Source: Lama guanicoe
Lineage: Eukaryota
Assembly (NCBI GenBank): GCA_013239625.1
Contig: MU053493.1
Location: 1,497,793-1,561,792 of the forward strand
Direction: 5' to 3'
DNA: 64,000 nt
Shown: piece after piece, positions 1-13,500 of the stretch
Layout: the number at the start of each line of letters is the position of its first letter
Numbering within the stretch: the first letter of the stretch is position 1
Position numbers and translations under genes: made by a program
The notes under the pieces: model-generated
What the model was told of the DNA's origin: nothing
The model's database searches: none
The model's input: the letters and a program-made list of their open reading frames with translations, nothing else

Positions 1-1185
1 TACCTACCATAATGATTTCACTTAAAAAAGAATGTTTTTAATCGGAAAAAAACATTTTTCAAATATTCTAAAAAATATTCTAAAGCCTTCAGCTTTATAA
101 AACTGACCACTCTGCCCTCTTTGTCTCATCTTACCTGAGACCACAGGCCCCGTCCGGAGCCCCTGGGGCAGACTGCGTTGGCCTGGCTGGGTGGCCTGGC
201 GCCACCCAGGGAACCTGAAGGCCCTGCTAGTGGGGGGACTGCTGGCCAGGCCTCTGCTGAGGTTGTGTGCCCCCTCAGATGCAGTCCCCCCGGGGTACCA
301 GGGGGCCTCAGAAGCAGCTGGGCCTGTCTAGGTGATCTGTGGACAGCACCTGGCCTGGGGCCCTGGAGGGCTGGGCTGGGCGCATCCACCCTAACCAGCC
401 TGGCATCTCTAGCCCCACAGGGCTGGCACCGCTGGCAGGCCAGGGCTGCCCCAGCCACGCGGCCCGATCTCTGAGCCAGCTGCCACACAAAGCCGCATTG
501 TGGGCCTCCGCCTGGCAGGCAAGCACGTGATGGCAGAGGGAGGGTGGTGGGCCGGACGGGTGTGCCCCGCCGCCTTCCTCTTGGTCAGGATTCAGCGTCC
601 TTACATCCGACCCCACAAAGCAGTAGCGCAGCAAGGCAGGGAGTTGGGGGCTGCGGAGATAGCAGAAAACACAGAGTTGTCATGCCCTGGGGGAGGCCCT
701 TGTGCAGGATCTTTAAACTGGGCTCCCCCTGGAGTCTGCCCAGCACCGAGGCCTGGACTTCAACTTTGCCACACTTATCTCCCTTTGCAGTGAGGGTTGC
801 GGGGGATTGCTGATGTGGGGCCTCCAGCCTTGCCACTTCGCTGTCAGGGTGAAGTGGAGCCCCCAAACTCCAGGCTCCTGCCACCCAGAGGTGACCCCCA
901 GGAGCGTGTCTGGAAGTCCCATACACTCTGCTCTGCCCACACTTTGCCCGTGTCCACGGACTCCTGCAGTGAACCCACACATCTGCTCGGGGTTCCCCCA
1001 ATCTGAAAACCAAAGCAACCCGAAATACCCCAACCAAAAAGCCGAGGGTCTTCCCTAGAGCTAGTGTGTGCACGCCCACCCGGAATCCCTCCCCTTCTCA
1101 AATCCTGGATTGATGAGAGGATGCTGGTGTATTGCAACATCTACACAATGGAATAGTACGTCGTTTTAAAATCGCTTATGGGGGT

Positions 1186-1266
1186 GGGGAGGGTGTAGCT
1201 CAGAGGTAGAGCATGTGCTTAGTATGTACGAGTTCAATCCCCAGTACCTTCATTAAAAAAAAAAAA
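1186..1266 (+). mobile_element. tRNA-Ala-derived SINE (Vic-1-like), short form, internally deleted
   Basis: Head ggggagggtgtagctcagaggtagagcatgtgcttag with A box, B-box remnant gttcaatccccagtacc, and a poly(A) tail; matches the other copies in the window. Confidence 0.85.
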
Positions 1267-2215
1267 CAAAGACCCCAAACTAATATGAAAAGCATGCACC
1301 CCCAGCTGTCTCCCTGGAAGACCCCAAGTTGGTGAAGGGGCCACCACCTTCCTCCGGGCACAGCCCAGACCTCAAGGTGTCCCTCCAGAGTTCCCCCCAC
1401 CCCCAGCTTATTTTCTGCATCTGTCAGTCACACACTGTATGGGGGCCAGGGCCCCTCCCCTCAGTGGACACGCCCCACCCTCACCCCTTCTAGGCCATGA
1501 AGCCAGCACCAGGGACCTGGAGCTCTTTGCCAGATTTGAGGCCAATTCTGCGTCGGGTCCCCCCTCTGCTACCCAATGCCCTGGAGATCGGTCCTGAGGA
1601 GTCACTCTACCCTCGGCCCCCTTGCCTGTCCTGCCAATGAGATGAGAGCGCACGTCTGCTGGGAGTCCCTGGGGGACTCAAGAGTTTCCTCTCTGATAAA
1701 AGACACTCACAGATGTTGCTGCGTCTGGATGTCACATCTTTTAGCAGCTGAGGGTGAAGCCACACCCCGAGGAGGGTCAAGTGGCATAAGATGCCCACTG
1801 TGCTGGTGCCTCTCTCTGCACTTCCTACCATGAAATGGTCCCCCTCCAGCTGCTCTGTCCAGCTTGAGCCTGGGACTCTGTCACTTGCAATCACCATGCA
1901 GGTAGCCCTGCCCGCGTCCCAGGATCAGTGCCCCACGTCCACCCACCATAATGCATCCCCAAGGGTGGAGGTCATCTCCCACCCCTCACCACCCACCACC
2001 CTCCCCAACCCATGCCCCAAATGCTGGCCACAGGCCAGGCACATCCAATGGTGTTCAATACTGGTTGCTGAAACAATGCATTTCCTGTAAAACGGCCGTG
2101 GGTGAACCTGTCTGTTTTGTTGCATAGTAAATATCCTTAAGATCAACGCCATATTCAATTTCTGAGCTGGGAAAACATTTCTCTCTCTCTGGAGAGTAAT
2201 TAATAGCTTCTATTA

Positions 2216-2686
2216 CAGGCCCTCAGTCTCTTATGCACAGTTCTAAACTCTAAATATTTCTGAAAACCGAGACTTCTCTTGTAAATTAGTGGCAAACTCA
2301 GTTGGTGGTGAAAGCTGACCTGATCAGATATAAAGGTAGATATCTTTGAGGGGGCATTTGCACCTTATAGGGAGGAAGGTATAGCTCAGGGGTAAGCACG
2401 TGCTTAGCATGCACAAGGTCCTAGGTTCAATCCCCAGTCCCTCCATTAAAATAAATTAAAAATAAACAAATAAGCCTAAGTACCTACTCCCCTCCGCCCG
2501 CCAAAACATTTACACGTCACACTGCAGAGACATCAATGCACTTGGTAACAGGTTGCTGCCTCAGATCTTGATAGGGTGTTACTTTATACACAATATATGC
2601 ACATTATTACCGGTCTAAAATCCAAATTTTCTGAATTCAGAAAAACATCCTCCCCCGGGGGCTTCTGGTAAGAAGTCGTGGGACTA
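2216..2686 (-). mobile_element. MER96B-like non-autonomous DNA transposon fossil interrupted by a SINE
   Basis: Degenerate terminal inverted repeats (caggccctcagtctcttat / taagaagtcgtgggact); internal ctgaaaaccga...gtggcaaactca and ttctgaattcagaaa resemble the recalled MER96B consensus. Confidence 0.55.
2370..2505 (+). mobile_element. Vic-1-like SINE, long form
   Basis: ggtatagctcagg...tgcttagcatgcacaaggtcctaggttcaatccccag, A-rich linker, cctaagtacc tail module. Confidence 0.85.
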
Positions 2687-3363
2687 CCAGATAGCAAGAT
2701 CTTTATAATACTGTTTATTCCTCCCCCCACCCCTTTTTTTTTTTTTTTTTTTGCTCTGGCTACCAAGAAGGTCAGATCTAACTAATGCAGTTTATCACAA
2801 CAGCTGTCCCTTGTCTAAAGTTTCTTAGTACAATTATCCTGTCTTCTTATAACTTGCCTTTAAAAAGTTATCTGGGCAATACAGCTTTCTTGAATTTGTG
2901 TCTTTTATTTTCATTTCATCTGCTTCTCATTGTGATTATTTAAGTAAAGTGAGTATAAACTGATCACAAATCAGTGACTCCAGAGGACTCTGTGGGGACA
3001 GATGGTCCCTGAGTGTCCCTGTCTGCCATCTTGCCTCCTGGGGGGTCGGCATCGGGATGGCGCTGACATGATTATGATGGATTTTCTCAGTGCCTTGCTG
3101 CACATCCAGGGGACACAGAAGGCACAACCTCCATCCTCAGTGGCTTCTCAGTCAATTCATTCACCCTTGGCACACGTCCAGCTACCACCCAGATGCAAGG
3201 ACAGCCCACTTCACGTCCATGCAATGACTGGCTTGCAACTTTGCACTGTGGACAAACTTTCTCCCAGTTCTTCCATCAGCTCCATCTTGCTAGAAAATCT
3301 CAGAAAGAATGTTTGCACACATCATCCATAGGGAGTCAGTTTTCATGTAAAACTACATGTGTG

Positions 3364-3650
3364 TTTGTCTTTTTGACTTACTTCGCTTAGTATGATACTC
3401 TCTGAGTCCAAATATCATACGATATCACTTATACATGGAGTCTAAAAAATGAGACAAATGAACTTATTTTCGATACATCAAATAGACAAACAACAAAGTC
3501 CTACTGTATAGCATGGAACTATATTCAATATCTTGTAATAACCTATAATGAAAAAGAATATATATATGTGTGTGGGTATAACTGAATCACTAGGCTGCAT
3601 ACCAGAAACTAGCACAACATTGTAAATCAAATATACTTCAATGAAAAAAA
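3364..3650 (+). mobile_element. 5'-truncated, 5'-inverted L1 3' end with target-site duplication (TSD)
   Basis: 3364-3410 is antisense L1 contiguous with the sense part starting at 3411; TSD aaaactac(a/t)tgtgtg at 3349-3363 and 3648-3662. Confidence 0.85.
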
Positions 3651-3804
3651 ACTACTTGTGTGGATAGATACAAAGTAAAGATGCCTACTAATTGTAATAA
3701 TGGCAGTTGCTAAATGATGTGGATAAGGATTATGGGTGATGCTTTTATTTTTCCAACTTGCCATTATACTCTACTTTTGTAATAACAATAAGGAATGCAA
3801 GGCA

Positions 3805-3903
3805 AGAGAGTAATAGCTCAGCGGTAGAGCATGTGCTTAGCACGCACAAGGTGCTGGGTTCAATCCCCAATGCCCCCACTTAAAAAAAAAAAAGAGGAAA
3901 AAA
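3805..3903 (+). mobile_element. Vic-1-like SINE, short form
   Basis: tagctcagcggtagagcatgtgcttagcacgcacaaggtgctgggttcaatcccc followed by poly(A). Confidence 0.85.
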
Positions 3904-4169
3904 GCTTATTCTTAATCCCCTTTGCAAATACTATTATAGAGCAGTTTCTTAGGACATTTTTCTAACCAAAAGCTTTACTGGATCTTCATATGACACTTTC
4001 ATATGGATATGCTGGAAATTTACCTTAAAATGCAATCCAACTGCACAAAAATTACTCCAGTTAGACTTCTGACACTGTCTCCTTCACTGGGTAATTTTAA
4101 AAAGCTGTTTAGAGCTTCGTCTACATGACATCAAAGCAGTGAGATAATTCAATAATTCCAGTAGAAATA

Positions 4170-5203
4170 GGCAGACTTCCACTTCTAAATATGATAAGCA
4201 AGTGCCAGTAGACTAGCCTTCTTGCTACAAACAAGAAAACTGGTGGGGGGGAGCATATAAAATGACTATTTGCAGACATTGGACAGCAGGCAGTGCAGGA
4301 ATGTGAGCCCTCGGAAAAACTAAACAAATAACACAAGACCTATAATCTCCCTGGCCTCTTGCCTGCAGGTATTTACTGGACCCAAGTGCAGAGAGGGGAC
4401 CCCAGCAGAGAACAGCAGTCTCATTGAGCTGAGGAGACAAAGACTGGAGTTTGGGGAGGCTGAGGAAGCTGGAATTTGTGGGGTAGAGATCAGACTAGAT
4501 GGGATCCTGGCAGAGAAATTCAGAAATCTGCATAGGATCCTTTTGTGTCTGTGGATGAAACTGCAAAAGGGGAGATGGGTTGGACAGAGAACAAGTTCAG
4601 GTGGCTGAAGGTATTTCAATTACGAGAGATCACACAGGATTGGAGACAACCCAGTACAGACCAGCCAGATCAAGGCGTCCTCCCTGAAGACTGAGTTAAT
4701 TCAACAGAGACCTTAGGACCTTAAGGATAGGGCTGAGATGACTGTAGATAAAGGCTTAACAAAGTTTGCAAACACGTTTTGACAGGTTCAAGTTGATGCA
4801 CAAAGGAATGAGATGCTTGTCAAAACCAAAGGCAACCCTCTGGAACTAAAGACAGTGAAATCCAGACTTCCAAGAATAATATTCTCAAGTCCAGCATTCA
4901 ACAAAAAATTTTGGACAGGCAAAAAAGGCAGAGAAATGTAATCTATATCAAAATGGAACCCATACCAAAATGCAACCTACAACCCAAAGAAAAATGAGTC
5001 AATGGAAACAGACCAAGAAATGACAGAGATGCTAGAACAAGCTGTCAGTAACTTTAAAACAGCTATTATAAATAGACTCAAGGATTTAAAGAAAAATGAA
5101 ACTATGATAAGGGGAGACATTGAAACCATAAAAAGGCAGAAACAAATGTAAAATCTAGAGCTAGAAAAAGACAATATCTGAAATGAAAAATTCACTGGGT
5201 GGA
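4170..5203 (+). mobile_element. Ancient L1M element A, 5' UTR and ORF1 start (continues at about 16885)
   Basis: gacttccacttct-type 5' start; ORF1-like A-rich decay (acagaccaagaaatgacagagatgctagaa...tctgaaatgaaaaattcactgg). Confidence 0.55.
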
Positions 5204-7245
5204 GATTCCTAATCTGGGCCAGATGGAGCAAAACACATTCACCCTGTCTCACTGCTGATGGAATTATGGTTTCCTGTACAGAATCTATGAAGCAGGTATC
5301 TGTGGACTCTGAAAAGCACATTGGTGGGCAGACGGAGGAATGAGGCTAGAGTTTGCAAATACCACAAGATTTGAGAATCAAACTAAAAGGTAGACCACCA
5401 CCCAGATCCCAGACAGTCTGGTGGAGGCTACATAGGCAGAGCAGATCCAATCAGCATTGCAAAGCCTTTGAATACTGAATTAACTTTGGAACCACAGCCC
5501 TCAGAAGGTGGGTCAGAACTTACAGTGTGAACTTTACCAGGTCAATGGTCACTAAAGTAGTAACATTCTCCTTAGGAGTTAAACAAATACAGTGTCTTAT
5601 AATGTAATGTTCAAAATGTCCAGGATATAATGCAAACTGCCATGTATTTGAAGAAATCAGAAAACAGAAGGAAAAAATAATAAAGAGCAGGAATCAGTGA
5701 AATGGAAAACAGAAAAATAATAGAAAATAACCAATGAACAGAAAGATGGTTCTTTGAAAAGGTCAATAAAATTAATTAACCTCAAACCAGGCTGACAAAG
5801 AAAAGAAGAGAGAAAGTACAAATTATCTGCTTCGGTACTTAGGGGATATCATGATATACCCCACAGGTGACAATAAGGGAGTTCAATGAACAACTCTATG
5901 CACATAAATTTGATAACGTCAATGAATGAATCAAATCTTTGAAAGCTACAAACTACCAAAACTCAGGTTTTGTCATTTGGAAAAACTGAATTTGTAATTA
6001 AATTTTTTGGAAAAGAATCTCCAGATGTAGTGGGTTTCATTGGTGAATTCTACTAACCATTTACTGAAAAAATAACACCAATTCTACATAATCCCTCACA
6101 ACATAAAGTAAAATAGGGGGAAAAACTTCTTGATTCAATTTATGAGGCCAGTATTGCCCTGATGCTAAAGCCAGACAACAGTACAGGAAAAGAAAAGAAA
6201 TATCCCTCACAAACATAGACATAAACAATCTCAACAAAATATTCATAAATTGAATCCAGAAATATATTTTAAACAATGCATCATTCCTAAGCGTGGTTTA
6301 TCCCACGCTTAGGCTGGTTCAATATTTGAAAATCAATCAATATAATGTGTCAGATTAACTTACTAAAGAAGAAAAGCTATATGATCATATTAATTGATGC
6401 AAAAAATACTGAATAATTTCAAGCACACACTTATGATTAAAAAAGACTTTCATGAACTAGGCATAGAGGCAAACTTCCTTAATTTGATAAAGGACATCTA
6501 CAAAAAAGCTACAGCTAACACCACACTTAATGATAAAAGTCTGAATGTATGCTCTTAAAATCAAGAACAAGGTAATGATATCTGCTCTCACTATGCCTAT
6601 TCAACATTGTATTGGAAGTTCTAGCTAGTGCAATTAGGCAAGGAAAAGAAATAAAAGCATGTAGATTTTATAAGAGGAAATAAAACTCACAATTTACAGG
6701 CAGCATGCTTATTTATGTGAAATAAATATGTGAAAATTAATATTTGAAAAATTCTAATGAATCTACAAGAGAGATCCCAGAATTAATAAATTAGTTTTTC
6801 ATGGTTTTAGGACAAAAAGATCCACATGTAAAAATCAATTGTATTTCTATATACTAGCAATGAACAATTAAAAACCAAAATTTAAAAGAACACCATGTAT
6901 AATCGTTACCAAAAATGAAATATTTATAAATATAACAAAACATGCTTAAGATTTACATGCTGAAAACTACAAAGCACTGATGAAAGAAATGAAAGAAGAT
7001 CTGAAAAAATAAAGAGATAAATCATGCTCATAGATTGGAAGATTCAATATATAGTGTATATGACAATTTTCCCCAAATTGGTCTCCAGATTCAACACCAT
7101 TCCAATAAAAATCCAAGCAAGACTTTATTTTTGTATACATAGACAGGCTAATTCTAAAGTTTATATGGAAAGGAAAAAAAAAAGCTAGAATACCAAAGAG
7201 AATTTTGAAAGGGGATGAAATTCAAGATTTCACATGACCTAGTTT

Positions 7246-7398
7246 GTATGTTTGTGTACGTGTGACATAATCCAGTTTTTTTCTTTGGGGAGGGGTAATT
7301 AGGTTTATTTATTTATTTTTAATGGAGGTAATGGGAGCTGAACCCAGGACCTTGTGCATGCTAAGCATGTGCTTTACCACTGAGCTATACCCTGTCCT
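7246..7398 (-). mobile_element. Vic-1-like SINE, long form, inside L1-B
   Basis: Reverse-complement SINE head; TSD cacat(g/t)acctagttt at 7231-7245 and 7399-7413. Confidence 0.85.
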
Positions 7399-7545
7399 CA
7401 CATTACCTAGTTTAAAAAACCTACTATATAGCTATGGCAGTCAAGAGAGTACAGTGACAGTGAAGCGGTAGTAGACACAGAGATCAATGGAATAGACTGG
7501 TGAATCCAGAAATACACTCACATAATTATGGCTAATTGATTTTCT

Positions 7546-8705
7546 GAAACACTTAGATATACCTCACATACCACAAAATCCCTTTAAAATGCGCAATTCA
7601 GCTATTTTCAATGTATTAACAATTTTTGCACTATTTCCAGGACTTCCTCATCACCCCTAAAAAAACCTGTACCCATTATCAGTGACTCCCCATTCCCCCA
7701 TACCCCAGTCTGTAGAGACCTCAAATTTCCTTTCTGTGGTCTCAATTTGCATTTCCCTGATGGCTAATGATGTTGAGCATTTTTTCTTTTTCTTATTGAT
7801 CATTTCTTCATCTTTTGTATATTTGTATATTGGGTGAAATGGCTATTCAAATCTTTTGCCCACACTTTAAGTTTGTAAATTGTTGAGTTCTGTGTGTGTG
7901 TGTGTTTGTGTGTGTACAGGACTGGGTATGTGACACATCAAATATATGATGTACAAATTTTTCTCCTATTCTATGGGGCTGTCTTTTTACTTTGTGATTG
8001 TGTTCTTTGAAACACAAAGGTCTTTAAATTTGATGAAGTCCAATTTATCTATTTTTTTCTTTCATTACGTGTGCTTTAGGTATCATATCTAGGAAACCAT
8101 TGTCTAATCCAAGATGGTAAAGATTCATGTATATATTTCCTTCCAAGAGTTTTGTAGTTTTAGCTCTGACATCCACATGTCAGATCTACTTTTTGATACA
8201 TTTTTAGTTAATTTTTATAAATGGTATGAGATGGGGTACAAATTCATTCTAATGCATGTGAATATCCAGTTGTCTCAGCACAAAAACTATTATTTCCCCA
8301 TTTAATTGTCTTGGCATCCTTATTGAAAATGAATTACTCATAAGCTGTGGGTTTGTTTCTGGACTATCAATTCCATTAGCTTGATTTACACACCTACCCC
8401 TGTTCCAGCTCCTCACAATGTTGGTCACTATAGATTTAGAGTAAGTTTTGAAATTAGGAATTGTGAAGTCCCTCAAATTTGTTCTTCTTTATCAATTGTT
8501 TTGCCTATTTTGGGTCTCTTTTATTTTCCTATGAATTTTAGGACCAGCCTGCCATTTTTTTGCATAAAATCCCATTGAGATTTTGATAGGGCTTGTGATG
8601 AATCTGCAGATCAATTTGGAGAGTATTGCCATCTTAATAATATTGTCTTTCAGTCAATGAAGTATATGTTTCCATATATTTGTAAATTTGTCATATTTTC
8701 TTCCA
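7546..8705 (-). mobile_element. Old L1 (L1MB-like 3' end plus ORF2 3' part) inserted antisense in L1-B
   Basis: tttgcatttccctgatggctaatgatgttgagcat, ccagttgtctcagcac and ctgcagatcaatttggagagtattgccatcttaa are antisense L1 ORF2; the host L1 resumes at about 8706. Confidence 0.8.
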
Positions 8706-9659
8706 AATGATTTTTGGAAAATGTGCAAAGGTAATTCAATGAAAAAAGGGTAGATTTTTGAACAAATAATGATGTAACAACTGGACATTCATATACACAA
8801 AAATACACCTCAATCTAAACTTTGCCATCATAAAAAAAAATGTATTCAAAGTTGATCATAGATATAAATGTAAAATGCAAAACTTTAAACTTTATAGAAG
8901 CAAACACAGGAGAAAATCTCCATGACCTGTGGTTTAGACAGAGAGTTCTTAACATGACATCAAAAGCATTATCCATGTTAAAAATGTAAATTGGAGTTCA
9001 CCAAAATTTAAAACGTTCACTCTACAAAAGGTACTATTAAAAGAATGAAAAGACAAACTACAGATTTGAGATAATATTTGCAAATGAGATATTTGACATA
9101 TATCCAGATTATATAATGAACCCCCAAACTCAACATTAAGAAACAACCCACTTTTTAAACGGACAATACCAAATGTTGGTAAGGAAGCATTCGTTGCTGG
9201 TGGGAGTGTAAAGTGGTTCAGCCACTGTGGAAGCATTCTAGCAGGTTCATATAAATTCAAGTATTTACATTTACCATATGACCCAGCAATCCCACTCCTA
9301 TTTTCCCTAGAGAAGTAGAAAATTAGGTTTATGACTGTACACAAATGTTTACAGCAGCTCCTTTCATAGTCACCAAAAACTGGAAACAACCAAATGTCCT
9401 TCAATGGATGAGTAGATAAGCATCCATACAATGGCATACTTCCCGGCAATAGAAAGGCTGAATTACTGATACATGCAGCATTGATGAACCTCAAAGGTGT
9501 TAATCTGGGTGAAAGAAGCCAGTGTCAAAAAGTTACAAACTGTGCGATTCTATTTATATGACATTCTAGAAATCACAAAACTATGGAGAAATAGAACAGA
9601 CCAGGGGTTTTCTAGGGTTAGGTGTGGGGAGAGATTCTGACTACAAAAGATAGCACACA

Positions 9660-10336
9660 CAAAAAGATAGACTTACCATACGATCCAGCAATCTCACTCC
9701 TGGGCATATATCCAGAGAGAACTTTAATTCAAAAAGATACATGCACCTCAGTGTTCATAGCAGCACTGTTTATAATAACTAAGACATGGAAACAACCTAA
9801 ATGTCCATCAACAAGTGACTGGATAAAGAAGCTGTGGTATATTTATACAATAGAATACTATTCAGCCATAACAAATAATAAAATAACGCCATTTGCAGCT
9901 ACATAGATGGACCTGGAAATTGTTAAACTAAGTGAAGTAAGCTGGAAAGAGAAAGAAAAATTCCATATGATATCACTTATATGTAGAATCTTAAAAAAAA
10001 AAAAGACACAAATGAACTTCTTTACAAAACAGAAACAGACTCACAGGCACACAGACATAGAAAATGAACTTATGGTTACCAGTAGAGGAAGGGGGTAGGA
10101 AGGGATAAGTTGAGAGTTTGAGATTTGCAGATACTAACTACTATAAATAAACTAATAAACAACAAGTTTATACTGTATCACACAGGGAACTATATTCAAT
10201 ATCTTGTAGTAACCTACAATGAAAAATAATATGAAAAGGAATATATGTATGTATATGTATGACTGAACTATTATGCTGTACACCCAAAACTGACACAACA
10301 TTGTAAACTGACTATACCTCAATTTAAAAAAGAAAA
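9660..10336 (+). mobile_element. Lineage-specific 5'-truncated L1 3' end inserted in L1-B
   Basis: ORF2 C-terminus DLPYDPAISLLGIYP...KTWKQPKCPS...WIKKLWYIYTIEYYSAI, then 3' UTR and poly(A); short flanking repeat agcaca. Confidence 0.9.
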
Positions 10337-10509
10337 AAGCACAAGGGAATTTGGGAGGCAATAAAAGTGTTCTGTATCCCGATCAAAGTGGCAGTTAAGT
10401 TACACTATACACATATTAACATTCATAGGATTGTACACCAAAAAAAGAAAAGCCCATCTTACTGTATATTAATGTTTAAAAATACATAAATCTGAAAACA
10501 CAGAGTCAG

Positions 10510-13500
10510 AAAAACTAAATAAAATCCATGATAACACAAAGGAAAATTACCAAACCACAAAAGGAAGAAGAAAGGAATAAAGAGGATATACCAAACCAAT
10601 TGCAAAAATAAGTTCAAAGTGACAATAAGCACACATCACTATCATTCAGTAAATGTTAATGGACTAAATGCTCCAGTCAAAAGACATAGGGTGGTACACT
10701 GGATAATAAAGCAAGCTGCATACAAGAGACCCACTTTAGGGAGAAGGACACATATAGAATGAGAGTGAAAGATTGGAAAAAGATATTCCATGCAAATGGA
10801 AAAGACAAAAAAGCAAGTGTTGCAGCACTGATTTCAAAATAGACTTTGAAACAAAGGCCATAAAGAAAGATAAAGAAGGACATTTTATAATGATTAAAGG
10901 AGTAATACAAGATGAGGATATTATACTCATTAATATATATGCACCCAATATAGGAGCACCTAAGTACATAAAACAATTACTAGCAGAGATAAAGGGGGAT
11001 ATTGATGGGAATACAATCATAGTCAGAGATTTTAACACCGCATTAACATCACTGGACCGATCTTCCAGACAGAAAATAAATAAGGCAACAGAGAAATTAA
11101 ATAATACAATAGAAAAATTAGATTTGGTGGATATTTTCAGAGCATTACACACCCCAAAAATAGGATATACATTCTTTTCAAGTGCACATGGAACATTTTC
11201 CAGGATTGATCATGTACTTGGGCACAAAAGAAACCTCAGCAATTTTAAGAAGATAGAAATTATCTCAAACATCTTTACTGATGACAATGCCATGAAACTA
11301 GAAATCAACAACAGAGAAACAAAGAAGAAAAAAAGGAAAGCATGGAGATTAAACAATACGTTATTAAAAAACCAATGGGTCAATGAGGAAATCAAAGCTG
11401 AAATTAAAAAATATCTTGAGACAAATGAAAATGAAAACACAACCACACAAAATTTATGGGACACATCAAAGGCAGTGCTAAGAGGGAAGTTTATAGCAAT
11501 ACAGGCCTTCCTCAAAAAAGAAGAACAATCTCAAATAAACAACCTAACCCACCAGCTAAAAGAATTAGAAAAAGAAGAGCAAAAAAACCCCCAAAAGGCA
11601 GCAGAAGGAAGTCAATAATAAAGATCAGGAGGGAAATAAATAAAATACAGATTTAAAAAAACATAGAAAAAAGTCAATCAAACCAAAAGCTGGTTTTTTG
11701 AAAAAGCAAATAAAATTGACAAACTTCTGGCCAAACTTACAAAGAATTAAAAAGAGAAAGAGTACAAATAAGCAAAATAAGAAAGGAAAATGGAGAAATT
11801 ACAACAAATAAAATAGAAATACAGAATACCATACGAGAATACTATGAAAAACTATATGGAACCAAAATGGATAACTTAGAGGAGATGGACAAATTTCTGG
11901 AAACATACAGTCCACCAAGATTGAATCAAGAAGAAACTGACCACTTGAACAAACCGATCACTAGAAATGAAATAGAATTAGCAAATGAAAGTCCAGGACC
12001 GGACAGCGTCACCAGGGAATTTTACCAAACATACAAAGAAGAGCTCACACCAGTCCTTCTCAAACTCTTCCAGAAGATTGAAAAGGAGGGAATACTCCCA
12101 AACTCATTCTATGAAGCCACCATCACCCTGATACCAAAACCAGGCAAAGACACTACAAAAAGAGAGAATTATAGGCCAATATCACTGATGAACATAGGTG
12201 CAAAGATCCTCACCAAACCATTAGCAAATAGAATCCAACAGCACATAAAAAAGATTATACATCATGACCAAGTGGGGTTCATCCCAGGGACACAAGGGTG
12301 GTTCAGCATATGCAAATCAATCAACGTAATACATCAGATCAACAAGAGAAAGGACAAAAACCACATGATCATCTCAATAGATGCAGAAAAAGCATTCAAC
12401 ATCCATTTATGATAAAAACTCTCACCAAAGTGGGTATAGAGGGAACATATCTCAACATAATAAAAGCTATATATGACAAACCTACAGCCAGCATAGTACT
12501 CAATGGTGAAAAACTCAAAAGCTTCCCACTAAAATCTGGGACAAGACAAGGATGCCAACTATCACCACTCCTATTCAACATAGACTTGGAAGTCCTAGCC
12601 ACAGCAATTAGGTGAGTGAGAGAAATAAAAGGGATCCAAATTGGAAAAGAAGAGGTGAAAGTGTCACAAAAACTAAATAAAATCCATGATAACACAAAGG
12701 AAAATTACCAAACCACAAAAGGAAGAAGAAAGGAATAAAGAGGATATACCAAACCAATTGCAAAAATAAGTTCAAAGTGACAATAAGCACACATCTATCA
12801 TTCATTACTGTAAATGTTAATGGACTAAATGCTCCAGTCAAAAGACATAGGGTGGTACACTGGATAATAAAGCAAGCTGCATACAAGAGACCCACTTTAG
12901 GGAGAAGGACACATATAGAATGAGAGTGAAAGATTGGAAAAAGATATTCCATGCAAATGGAAAAGACAAAAAAGCAAGTGTTGCAGCACTGATTTCAAAA
13001 TAGACTTTGAAACAAAGGCCATAAAGAAAGATAAAGAAGGACATTTTATAATGATTAAAGGAGTAATACAAGATGAGGATATTATACTCATTAATATATA
13101 TGCACCCAATATAGGAGCACCTAAGTACATAAAACAATTACTAGCAGAGATAAAGGGGGATATTGATGGGAATACAATCATAGTCAGAGATTTTAACACC
13201 GCATTAACATCACTGGACCGATCTTCCAGACAGAAAATAAATAAGGCAACAGAGAAATTAAATAATACAATAGAAAAATTAGATTTGGTGGATATTTTCA
13301 GAGCATTACACACCCCAAAAATAGGATATACATTCTTTTCAAGTGCACATGGAACATTTTCCAGGATTGATCATGTACTTGGGCACAAAAGAAACCTCAG
13401 CAATTTTAAGAAGATAGAAATTATCTCAAACATCTTTACTGATGACAATGCCATGAAACTAGAAATCAACAACAGAGAAACAAAGAAGAAAAAAAGGAAA

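Larger units (their letters stand above)
5204..10490 (+). mobile_element. Ancient degraded L1M element B (5' UTR, deleted ORF2, L1MD-like 3' end), host to later insertions
   Basis: ORF2-like segments (tggttctttgaaaaggtcaataaaatt; atgatcatattaattgatgcaaaaaa; ctattcaacattgtattggaagttctagc; ccatatgacccagcaatcccactccta) with many stops, ending in an A-rich tail. Confidence 0.75.
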
